Positions 9,530 to 19,599 of a stretch of DNA of 25,261 nucleotides are shown one piece after another. Made by a program: the position numbers and the translations under genes. Positions within the stretch are counted from its first letter, which is position 1, and each line of letters begins with the position of its first letter. Origin of the DNA: Tubiluchus corallicola (Eukaryota > Animalia > Priapulida); assembly GCA_030141605.1 (NCBI GenBank), contig JAQGDQ010002470.1:1-25261 (forward strand), read 5' to 3'. The notes under the pieces were generated by a model that ran no database searches, was not told where the DNA came from, and saw only the letters and a program-made list of their open reading frames with translations.

Positions 9530-10412
9530 ATTATGCACTAATTAAGTAGTTAACAGAAGCCAAATAGGTGATGATTAAACAAACGAGTAGAAAAGAAATT
9601 GATACAGTAAATTATGCACTAATTATGTATTTACAAAAAGCCAAATAGGTAATGAATAAGCAGACCAGTAGAAAAGAAATTGATACAGTAAATTATGCAC
9701 TAATTATGTATTTACAAAAAGCCAAATAGGTAATGAATAAGCAGACCAGTAGAAAAGAAATTGATACAGTAAATTATCCACTAATTATGTATTTACAAAA
9801 AGCCAATGAGATAATGAGTAAGCAGACCAGTAGAAAAGAAATTGATACAGTAAATTATCCACTAATTATGTATTTACAAAAAGCCAATGAGATAATGAGT
9901 AAGCAGATCTGTAGAAAAGAAATTGATACAGTAAATTATCCACTAATTATGTATTTACAAAAAGCCAAATAGGTAATGAATAAGCAGACCAGTAGAAAAG
10001 AAATTGATACAGTAATTTATGCATTAATTATGTATTTAGAAAAAGCCAAATAGGTAATGATTAAGTAGACCTGTAGAAAAGAAATTGATACAGTAAATTA
10101 TCCACTAATTATGTATTTACAAAAAGCCAAATAGGTAATGAATAAGCAGACCAGTAGAAAAGAAATTGATACAGTAATTTATGCATTAATTATGTATTTA
10201 GAAAAAGCCAAATAGGTAATGATTAAGCAGATCAGTAGAAAAGAAATTGATACAGTAAATTATGCACTAATTATGTATTTAACAGAAGCCAAATAGGTAA
10301 TGAATAAGCAGACCTGTAGAAAAGAAATTGATACAGTAAATTATGCACTAATTACGTAATTACAAAAGCCAAATAGGTAATGAATAAGCAGATCAGTAAA
10401 GAAATTGACACA
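9530..10412. repeat. 81-bp AT-rich minisatellite, ~11 units (mirror of intron 2)
   Basis: GCCAA recurs at 9559, 9640, 9721, 9802, 9883, 9964, 10045, 10126, 10207, 10288 and 10368. Confidence 0.97.
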
Positions 10413-10541
10413 GTAACAAGAACCTAAGAGTTGGAAAATAAAGCAAAATGAATTGAACTGCAGTTAACCATACAACCACATAACACAAGTTGTTTGTCAA
10501 ATCTTTTACAAGTCTTTGCATATTAAAGAAAGCTTCTATAC

Positions 10542-10672
10542 CTATTCCAGATGAAGATATCTGCCGCATGTGCAAATCTACAACCGTTCTGTTTGCTGAA
10601 CTATAACAACCGAGTTGAGGATAGAAGTTTGACCCAATGTCATTTGGTGGGACATGCTCTCCTTCGGGCCAT
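10542..10672 (-). pseudogene. MANEA: Mirror copy of MANEA exon 2 (intact, no exon 1 upstream on this strand)
   Basis: Reverse complement of 14591-14721 with splice sites retained. Confidence 0.9.
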
Positions 10673-11652
10673 CTAGTGTAGAAGAACAGAACTATTATTT
10701 CTTATCACGCGTGTGATAAATACCAACACTGTATCACTTTGAAAAAAGTTCATAATTTATGCAAAGTTCAAAAAACTAGGTTAGGAGTTTCGCCATTTTG
10801 TTCAGTTCAGTACAAGTTCTCTGTCAATCATAAATAATATTGCAAATACAATTTAGGACAAAGATACCATTTTTGGATATTTAAAGCAAAAACGGACCCA
10901 ATCTTAAACTGTAGGTCAGAACAATCTACTCTTTAAAATATTGAAAGGGAACGTACTGTTTTTCTCAAAAATGATTTACGTGAAAGAGTTATTACCACAC
11001 AAATACAATTTCACGTTCGTGCCATTAGTGTTTTGCTCTTACATGCATCTTGTCATTCGCTAGTTAGACGGGCAATAGCACCTGCATTTCAAAAATGTGT
11101 TGCACAAAAAACAGGCGCTGCACCTCTCAATTCAGATGTGTTAATTTGTGACGAACTACACGCGTTTGACAGCTCATGCGCGAGTACAGCAGAAAATTTG
11201 ATATTTGAATTTTTATCTTAAAACTTGCCTAGTTTTAGTACAACATACTGAATCTCTTACAACAGCTCAGTACTTCAATTTTCGCTTTTGCAAATACGTG
11301 CAACACGCTCGTGGAATATTTTTGCTGTTGAAAATTAGCTTGTGAAGTCGTCGATAGTTGGGCTCGCTGCCGTCAATTAAGTTTTTTAATCTATTATTTA
11401 ATTATCAGAAACGCTTTTGCAGTATTAATTGTGTTAAAATGTATACTTTTTATTGAACTTGAAAATGGGGTAGCATATGAAAAATCATCCTGTCTTCCTT
11501 TAACCGTATATATGATAATTTGGTTTGTTGCTGAAAAAGTAATTCAAGTTACTGTTAAAAGGTAACATGCTGAGCATGTAGACTAACCACATCAGTGTGA
11601 GTAGACTGCACAATAATTCATCTAAAATAAGGAAAACTTGTACATTGTTTTA

Positions 11653-12005
11653 ATGTGGCACTTGCCGTCTTCGCGTACGGACGACAAAGCGGCGGTGCTT
11701 GCTGCTGCAAGAGAAGCAGTGCAAAAACACTGGGAACATCCGGGAAAATCAAATGCTAACGATACTAGCGGCAACGGAAACAAGCGCGCTGTTACTGACT
11801 CTGCCGTATTAGCAGAAAATGAAAAGCTAAAGTTTGTTAAGAAACACAAAGCGGAAGTCGAGTACGATTCGTCCGAGTCGGATTTTCCTTCTTCGCGGGT
11901 TCATATTTTTTACTACGCTTGGTACGGCACTCCCGAAGTGGATGGAAGATACATTCATTGGAACCATAAAATTCTCCAGCACTGGAAACCCGAAGAAGCA
12001 AAGAA
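11653..12005 (+). CDS. MANEA: GH99 endo-alpha-1,2-mannosidase, first visible coding exon (stem region plus start of catalytic domain), apparently 5'-truncated
   Basis: Encodes RVHIFYYAWYGTPEVDGRYIHWNHKILQHW, the first conserved block of MANEA-type GH99. Donor AA|GTAAGT at 12006 is phase 2 and matches exon 2. ATG 11653 is the first in-frame ATG after an in-frame TAA at 11623; whether it is a true start is uncertain. Confidence 0.88.
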
Positions 12006-12073
12006 GTAAGTAGCCGGAATTGTTTTTACTCGGGACAAGGAAATTATCTTGCATGTAGCTGATTTATCATGTA

Positions 12074-12632
12074 CAGTGTTCCCTCGCTTACTGCGGGTGT
12101 TCTGTTCCAGGCCCACCCGCGATAAGTGAATCTCCCTAAAGTAGAGACGCTATACTTCTTTTAGTAGTTTAAGACATTATTTTAAGTCTTTATAAACCCT
12201 CCCCGCACTCTTATACATAACCCTTTCCTATTCCCTTAATAACTTTTCCCATACTGTACATGTACCTTTTAAAAAGCTTTCCATCAATCAACCAATCGTG
12301 TGCTGTGTACAATCTCACGTCGGCAAGTAGCATCTCAAGTAGGTGCAAGTTCTACATTTCGTTTTTGGTGTGTATTCATCCGCCGAACAAATGCACTATT
12401 TACTGTAAATGGTCATTTTTTATGATTTATAATATTCTTTTAATGTTAGAATTAATATTTTTATACATTTTGTGATTTTTTTTATTCAAAATTCATCAAA
12501 TACGTACTATGCATGTGCAAAAATACTTTTGACGGAGTACCGCAAAAACCTGCCCAACAGGGAAAATACCGGGATAAATATTTTACATTAATACTTTTGA
12601 TAAACAAACCACGAAATAGAGAGGGAACACTG
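12074..12632. mobile_element. Tc1/mariner-pogo (Tigger-like) MITE, 559 bp, in intron 1
   Basis: TA|CAGTGTTCCCTC ... GAGGGAACACTG|TA: perfect 12-bp TIRs, extending imperfectly to ~24 bp, with a TA target-site duplication. Confidence 0.9.
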
Positions 12633-13030
12633 TATTCAAATTGACTAGTTTTTTTTCATTTTTTTATTTTTATCTGAAAGACTCAAATTTTTTATGGAAA
12701 AAATAGTAAAGACTGTCAATATTGTATATTTTCTTTTGCTTGGATGAATGTTCAAAATTTCCACATTTAACTGCAAATGTAACTGCTTTCGTAAGCATTA
12801 TTTAAATTACAACGACAATTACGACTTTTTGCTTTTTTCAGCTGTTTAGCCTAATCTTTTGTGATTTAGATCAGAATTGTCCATCATTAATTTGCTTCTT
12901 GCAAATTGAGATCAAAAGTTTTTAATTAATAAATTATGATATAAAAAGTGCACATCTTACTGCATTCGTTTGCATTGGTTCATTAGCTTATACAAAATCT
13001 TACTGGAAAACTATCATTAAATAAACCATT

Positions 13031-13042
13031 ATGATGATGATG

Positions 13043-13074
<32 letters not shown>

Positions 13075-13475
13075 CATTATCATTATCATTATCATTATCA
13101 TTATCATTATCAATATCATTGTCATTGTCAATATCATTATCATTATCATTATAAATATTATTATCATTGTCATTATCAATATCATTATCATTATCAATAT
13201 CATTGTTGTTGTCATTGTCAATACCATTATCGTTATCATTGTCATTGTCATTATCAGTATCATTATCATTATAAATATCATTATCATTGTCAGTATCATT
13301 ATCATTATCATCGTCATTATCATTATCATTATAAATATCGTTATCATTATCAATATCATTGTCATTATCATTGTCATTATCAGTATCATTATCACTATCA
13401 TTATCATTATAAATATCATTATCATTGTCATTTTCACTATCAGTATCATTATCATTATCATTATGATCATTATTA
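13031..13475. repeat. (ATCATT)n hexamer microsatellite with variants
   Basis: Directly visible. It accounts for the poly-I, poly-ND and poly-IM ORFs in the track. Confidence 0.98.
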
Positions 13476-14590
13476 CAGTTGTCCAACTGGAAGACTACTA
13501 ATGTCTATGTGTTGTCATTTTTTATACCTTCAGTGTATAAGTTGCGTAAGATGTGAGATGATTTTGTTAAAAGGTAGCTTGTTATTTTCATGTAAATCAT
13601 TTTTAATCTCATTAACTCAGTACAAGTTTTCCTTATTTTAGATGAATTATTGTGCAGTCTACTCACACTGATGTGGTTAGTCTACATGCTCAGCATGTTA
13701 CCTTTTAACAGTAACTTGAATTACTTTTTCAGCAACAAACCAAATTATCATATATACGGTTAAAGGAAGACAGGATGATTTTTCATATGCTACCCCATTT
13801 TCAAGTTCAATAAAAAGTATACATTTTAACACAATTAATACTGCAAAAGCGTTTCTGATAATTAAATAATAGATTAAAAAACTTAATTGACGGCAGCGAG
13901 CCCAACTATCGACGACTTCACAAGCTAATTTTCAACAGCAAAAATATTCCACGAGCGTGTTGCACGTATTTGCAAAAGCGAAAATTGAAGTACTGAGCTG
14001 TTGTAAGAGATTCAGTATGTTGTACTAAAACTAGGCAAGTTTTAAGATAAAAATTCAAATATCAAATTTTCTGCTGTACTCGCGCATGAGCTGTCAAACG
14101 CGTGTAGTTCGTCACAAATTAACACATCTGAATTGAGAGGTGCAGCGCCTGTTTTTTGTGCAACACATTTTTGAAATGCAGGTGCTATTGCCCGTCTAAC
14201 TAGCGAATGACAAGATGCATGTAAGAGCAAAACACTAATGGCACGAACGTGAAATTGTATTTGTGTGGTAATAACTCTTTCACGTAAATCATTTTTGAGA
14301 AAAACAGTACGTTCCCTTTCAATATTTTAAAGAGTAGATTGTTCTGACCTACAGTTTAAGATTGGGTCCGTTTTTGCTTTAAATATCCAAAAATGGTATC
14401 TTTGTCCTAAATTGTATTTGCAATATTATTTATGATTGACAGAGAACTTGTACTGAACTGAACAAAATGGCGAAACTCCTAACCTAGTTTTTTGAACTTT
14501 GCATAAATTATGAACTTTTTTCAAAGTGATACAGTGTTGGTATTTATCACACGCGTGATAAGAAATAATAGTTCTGTTCTTCTACACTAG

Positions 14591-14721
14591 ATGGCCCGAA
14601 GGAGAGCATGTCCCACCAAATGACATTGGGTCAAACTTCTATCCTCAACTCGGTTGTTATAGTTCAGCAAACAGAACGGTTGTAGATTTGCACATGCGGC
14701 AGATATCTTCATCTGGAATAG
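14591..14721 (+). CDS. MANEA: Endo-alpha-1,2-mannosidase exon 2 (131 bp)
   Basis: Pyrimidine tract plus CTAG acceptor at 14590. Translates (K)WPEGEHVPPNDIGSNFYPQLGCYSSANRTVVDLHMRQISSSGI(G), matching the MANEA PPDDIGSxFYPxLGxYSS...HMRQ motif. GTATAG donor at 14722. Confidence 0.95.
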
Positions 14722-14850
14722 GTATAGAAGCTTTCTTTAATATGCAAAGACTTGTAAAAGATTTGACAAACAACTTGTGTTATGTGGTTGTATGGTTAAC
14801 TGCAGTTCAATTCATTTTGCTTTATTTTCCAACTCTTAGGTTCTTGTTAC

Positions 14851-15733
14851 TGTGTCAATTTCTTTACTGATCTGCTTATTCATTACCTATTTGGCTTTTG
14901 TAATTACGTAATTAGTGCATAATTTACTGTATCAATTTCTTTTCTACAGGTCTGCTTATTCATTACCTATTTGGCTTCTGTTAAATACATAATTAGTGCA
15001 TAATTTACTGTATCAATTTCTTTTCTACTGATCTGCTTAATCATTACCTATTTGGCTTTTTCTAAATACATAATTAATGCATAAATTACTGTATCAATTT
15101 CTTTTCTACTGGTCTGCTTATTCATTACCTATTTGGCTTTTTGTAAATACATAATTAGTGGATAATTTACTGTATCAATTTCTTTTCTACAGGTCTACTT
15201 AATCATTACCTATTTGGCTTTTTCTAAATACATAATTAATGCATAAATTACTGTATCAATTTCTTTTCTACTGGTCTGCTTATTCATTACCTATTTGGCT
15301 TTTTGTAAATACATAATTAGTGGATAATTTACTGTATCAATTTCTTTTCTACAGATCTGCTTACTCATTATCTCATTGGCTTTTTGTAAATACATAATTA
15401 GTGGATAATTTACTGTATCAATTTCTTTTCTACTGGTCTGCTTACTCATTATCTCATTGGCTTTTTGTAAATACATAATTAGTGGATAATTTACTGTATC
15501 AATTTCTTTTCTACTGGTCTGCTTATTCATTACCTATTTGGCTTTTTGTAAATACATAATTAGTGCATAATTTACTGTATCAATTTCTTTTCTACTGGTC
15601 TGCTTATTCATTACCTATTTGGCTTTTTGTAAATACATAATTAGTGCATAATTTACTGTATCAATTTCTTTTCTACTCGTTTGTTTAATCATCACCTATT
15701 TGGCTTCTGTTAACTACTTAATTAGTGCATAAT
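14851..15733. repeat. 81-bp minisatellite in MANEA intron 2
   Basis: Reverse complement of 9530-10412; TACTGTATCAATTTCTTTTCTAC repeats. Confidence 0.97.
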
Positions 15734-15958
15734 AAGTTCTATCTACATAAACTGGTTCTATGTTTGTAAATTTATCGCTGATGATGAAGCGAAGCAGCTA
15801 GTCAAAACGTTTGTCATGATTTTAACTTTTTAATGTAAAAGTTTTCCTAAAGTTTTGTTGTTTTTAACTATAAATGTTGATTATCACTGGTGGTTTCTGT
15901 CATTATCTACTGTGGTTTCTGGTTATCCTATAATGTTGATTGTTTCCGCTCATTGTAG

Positions 15959-16068
15959 GAGTGGTTGTGGTTTCTTGGTACCCCCCTGGTCTGTCAGATC
16001 CTAATGGTGCTCCCGTTGATTCACTGATACCCAGCATCTTGGATAGTGCTGCGAAATACAATATAAAG
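15959..16068 (+). CDS. MANEA: Endo-alpha-1,2-mannosidase exon 3 (110 bp)
   Basis: TTGTAG acceptor at 15958. Translates (G)VVVVSWYPPGLSDPNGAPVDSLIPSILDSAAKYNIK. Donor AAG|GTAAAA at 16069. Phases agree on both sides. Confidence 0.95.
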
Positions 16069-17004
16069 GTAAAATCATATTGTAGTTATGCCAGCTATGT
16101 CACTTATGTTAGCTTTCAAAATGGCTCTAATGTTTTCTTTTGAGAAGGAATTATGAAGATGGAACTAAATTAATATTAACTATCAAAATCCTTGCATGCA
16201 TAAAATTTTGCATATAAATCAGTTATAATCCATAATGCACAAACATTCTACCTAGTGTTCATTTATTTATCTAACGCAAAGCCACCAGCAGCTTTGACTG
16301 AAGTAAAGTTTTATCCAGCGTGTAAGTAAATGATGTCAGAACAATTTCTTTGCGTCAGCAGTTTTCCAAGCGAAATTACCAAAAATAGAACATCTAATTA
16401 ACTCGTCGTCACTCCTCTTAGTGGACCTGTCCTAGAATATAGCTCACATCATCGTGTAGCCCTGTCCTTTCTCTCTCTAAAGAGCCGTATATCTCCTTCC
16501 TAGAGTCCCACCAGCCGCCGCTGTAATCTTTTTTCTGCAGGCTGTTTGACCAAAATTTTGAAAAAATCGCGAGCTGGGTCCGGGAAAACGCCCGTTATGG
16601 GACGCTGTGGCCCTCTCGCAAATTCTAAATATGCCTATGACATCCACCGCTGAACGGGCTATCTATCCATAGCCAGTACCGCCATCGGCCCGTTCCCGTT
16701 CTTCGGATCTGAGACGTATAAGACGTATAACTTTTACAAAAAACGGCCGAAAAATGGCCATTTTTGGAGGTTTTTTCCCCCCGTGGGCCCGATTCGAAAA
16801 ATAAACCGACACTAGATCGAGACCTTTCGTTTGATGTATCGCCTCAAATGGTGCTGTCGTTGGAGCTGTAGCCTAGAATCTTATATATATATATAAGGGC
16901 CCACCGGGAGGAATATATATATATATATATATTAACCCCATACCAGTAGAATTAATGTATACGATAGCGTTTGTAATTATTTGGGATTTTGTTTATTCGA
17001 ACAG

Positions 17005-17718
17005 GTTGCATTTCACATAGAACCCTTCGAGAATCGAAATCCACGGAACCTGAGAGGTCACATTCGCTACGTCATCGACACTTACGGTGAACACGAGGCG
17101 TTCTATCGCTTTCGTCATAAAGGTCGTTATCTACCTATGTTTTACGTCTACGATTCATATCTCTCTTCACCGTATCAGTGGAGGAGCCTCCTAGGACTGC
17201 ACGGTAGACTGAGCGTCCGCAGGACGGATTACGATGCCGTCTTCATCGGTTTGCTAGTCGGCAAAAACGACAAGAATGTCATCCTGTCTGCGGGATTTGA
17301 CGGTTATTACACGTACTTTGCCAGCAATACTTTCAGTTACGGTTCAGTGCCGACGAACTGGCAAGAGCTGCAATCTTTTGCTGATCAGCACAACCTGTAC
17401 TTCATACCGAGCGTCGGACCGGGTTACGAAGATACGTCGATCAGGCCGTGGAATTACCGCGTGAGTCGTACAAGAGCGAGCGGTTCTTATTATGCACAAC
17501 AGTGGGAGAAGGCTATTGCTGTTAAACCCGTTATCGTATCAATTACCTCGTTTAATGAGTGGGGTGAAGGTACACAGATCGAGCCGGCCGTGCCCAAATC
17601 GATTCGTTCTTCTACCGACAAAACGCCGTATCTTGATTATAGACCTCGTTCCCCGAGTTTTTATCTCAACGCGACAACAGACCACGTGAAGAAGTTTGTC
17701 GAATCTCGGAAAACATGA
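17005..17718 (+). CDS. MANEA: Endo-alpha-1,2-mannosidase terminal exon 4 (237 aa plus stop); spliced CDS from ATG 11653 is 1308 nt / 435 aa
   Basis: ACAG acceptor at 17004. Contains VAFHIEP, LPMFYVYDSY, GFDGYYTYFA, FIPSVGPGYEDTSIRPWN and SITSFNEWGEGTQIE (catalytic ExxE), all GH99/MANEA hallmarks. Confidence 0.97.
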   Translation, partial: VAFHIEPFENRNPRNLRGHIRYVIDTYGEHEAFYRFRHKGRYLPMFYVYDSYLSSPYQWRSLLGLHGRLSVRRTDYDAVFIGLLVGKNDKNVILSAGFDGYYTYFASNTFSYGSVPTNWQELQSFADQHNLYFIPSVGPGYEDTSIRPWNYRVSRTRASGSYYAQQWEKAIAVKPVIVSITSFNEWGEGTQIEPAVPKSIRSSTDKTPYLDYRPRSPSFYLNATTDHVKKFVESRKT

Positions 17719-17804
17719 ACAAAAGTTGGTGTGACTTGACTTACTTATGTTGTTGCTTATAAAGTATTTAAGAGTTTCGGTCATTTTGAATCACGTTACA
17801 AATT

Positions 17805-18616
17805 AGGTACTGTTCTATTCAGGAGAATCTCGGCTATTCGATCATGCTCTTTGTTTAAACATTTATAAGTGATTTCATTGGACAAAATTAAGAAAAACAC
17901 GCCCTCTTCAAGCACTCCAACTTATCCTATTGAGTTGCTGAGTCTGGTATGCACTTGCGTGATCGTAAATACTAATTTTATGGATCACCTGCTTGCTACA
18001 TCGAAGAGAACCGTCTGCCGTACCGAGTTCCAGGGAAAACCAACAGATCAGCCAAGGACAAAACTAAAGTCATTTCATCTTTTAACTGGAATTTCTCCTT
18101 TAAAATAGAGTAGAGTTGAGGTCAAAGTTTATCAGAGTGTTGTGTCTGGATAGTTGAAATTTTCTGCATTAGTCATTGTCACACAAGTGATACTGTACTT
18201 TGTTATAGTGCAAACACTGCAGTTACTGAAAGCTTTTTTTAATCAATTATTAATTTGTCTAAGGTAAGCAAATGTATTTCACATACAATTTTGTATGAAA
18301 ATTCATTGTGAGGAATAGAAATCTACAAAAATTATGAAATTTAATTGCTGCAAAATACAATAAACACTTGCCGTCCTGAGGAGTTAATTGATAATACTTC
18401 GTCGAAACAAAAGATTCTTACAGTGTAATTTGTCATCAGTATACTGATGTGTGTACGATCATGCAAGTGTACACCAGACTAAGCTACTCAATAAGCTAAG
18501 TTGGAGTGGTTGAAGAAGGCGTGTTTTTTTTAGATTTTATCCAATTAAATCACTTACGAATGCTTAAACAAATAGAATGATTGGATAGTGAGATTCTCCT
18601 GAATAGAACAGTACCT
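17805..18616. mobile_element. Mirror copy of long-TIR MITE, 87 bp downstream of the MANEA stop codon
   Basis: AGGTACTGTTCTATTCAGGAGAATCTC (17805) ... GAGATTCTCCTGAATAGAACAGTACCT (18616). Confidence 0.8.
18359..18364 (+). promoter_or_regulatory. Candidate polyadenylation signal for MANEA
   Basis: First AATAAA I found downstream of the stop at 17718. It lies inside the MITE; usage is unproven. Confidence 0.3.
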
Positions 18617-19599
18617 TTAGCTGTGTCTGTGTCCATACAGTAGAGGAAAGTCATAGATCTTACACAATGCATTTTGAATGGTGCAATCTGAAGGAATTGT
18701 CGTTTCCAGGTTTAATCATGGAGTTTTATTGCATGTGAGAACAGTTTTAATGACCACAGGTCACAGGTGACCTGTTGAACTGGTATGACTAGGCGTCACG
18801 TATAAACAATGGTTTGTCAGAGGTGGCGCCATCGTTGAGATTATCCTGAGTAATTTAAATTGTGGACATACTTGTAAATATCATATTGTTATTATATTTT
18901 TTTAGATTTTATATTTACTAATGTTAAATTTTTGAAAGTGCTCAAATTTTGTTTACATGTAAATATAATGTGATCAGTCATTTGTGGTACCGTTAATCAC
19001 TTGTGTTTGTGTACTTCTTACATAAATGCCAGTTAAATTTTATACATCACACATAAGACAGCGATGGTGGAGACTATTATTGTAATTTTCATGTTTATGT
19101 TTGAAATAAAGAATTAAATAGAAAAATCAAATCTCTCTCTCTCTCTCACTTACTCACTCACTGTCTCTCTCTCTGTCACTCACTCACTCACTCACTCACT
19201 CTGTGTCTCTCTCTTTCACTCAGTCACTCTCTCTCTCTGTCTCTTGCTCTCTCACTCACTGTCTCTCTCTCACTCCTCTGACTCACTCACTCACTCACTG
19301 TCTCTCTCTCTGTATTCTGATGTATTACGTAGAAAATCTGTCTTAAGTTTAATGAAAAGATTTGATACTAGTGATAACTTAATGTGCCAGAAAATTTTAG
19401 TAAGCGATGCTAAATTTACATCTCATATAAGACAGCAATGGTGGAGACTATTATTGTAATTTTCATGTCTATCTAAGTTTGTGTGTGATTTGTTTGTATT
19501 GGTTTTTTGTTTTTATGATGTTGTATGTTGTATATATGTAAATTATAATATGAACTTATGTTTGAAATAAAGAATTAAATCAATCAAATCAAATCATAC

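Larger units (their letters stand above)
1..11643. repeat. Left arm of a ~11.6-kb giant inverted repeat
   Basis: Reverse complement of 13620-25261. The window starts GTTGCATTTTAAATTTGCTTTACC and ends with its exact reverse complement. ORFs are mirrored (7545-8282 - vs 16981-17718 +; 11033-11221 + vs 14042-14230 -; coordinate sum 25263). The match stops after ...GGAAAACTTGTAC at 11643. Confidence 0.99.
11644..13619. other. Unique 1976-bp spacer of the palindrome
   Basis: The only part of the window with no mirrored counterpart. Contains MANEA exon 1, a Tigger-like MITE and an (ATCATT)n microsatellite. Confidence 0.97.

Noticed and set aside
9733-9972. 79-aa repeat-protein ORF and its mirror at 15291-15530
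   Set aside because: By-product of the 81-bp intronic minisatellite; neighbouring units contain stops.
2140-10412. Regular repeats as CRISPR arrays
   Set aside because: Units are contiguous tandem copies without unique spacers, there are no cas genes, and the context is a spliceosomal-intron eukaryotic locus.
7545-10672. Second complete MANEA gene on the - strand
   Set aside because: There is no exon 1 on that strand, so the first catalytic-domain block (HIFYYAWYG) is missing.
10772-11236. AAAACTAGG ... CCTAGTTTT as MITE TIRs
   Set aside because: Only 9 bp of low-complexity match and no TSD; likely chance.
12983-13501. 156-167 aa ORFs (poly-ND, poly-I, poly-IM)
   Set aside because: They are translations of the (ATCATT)n microsatellite within intron 1.
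16981-17004. MGFCLFEQ as the N-terminus of a standalone 245-aa protein
   Set aside because: It starts at TTG and is the intron 3 pyrimidine tract and acceptor. Homology begins at VAFHIEP.
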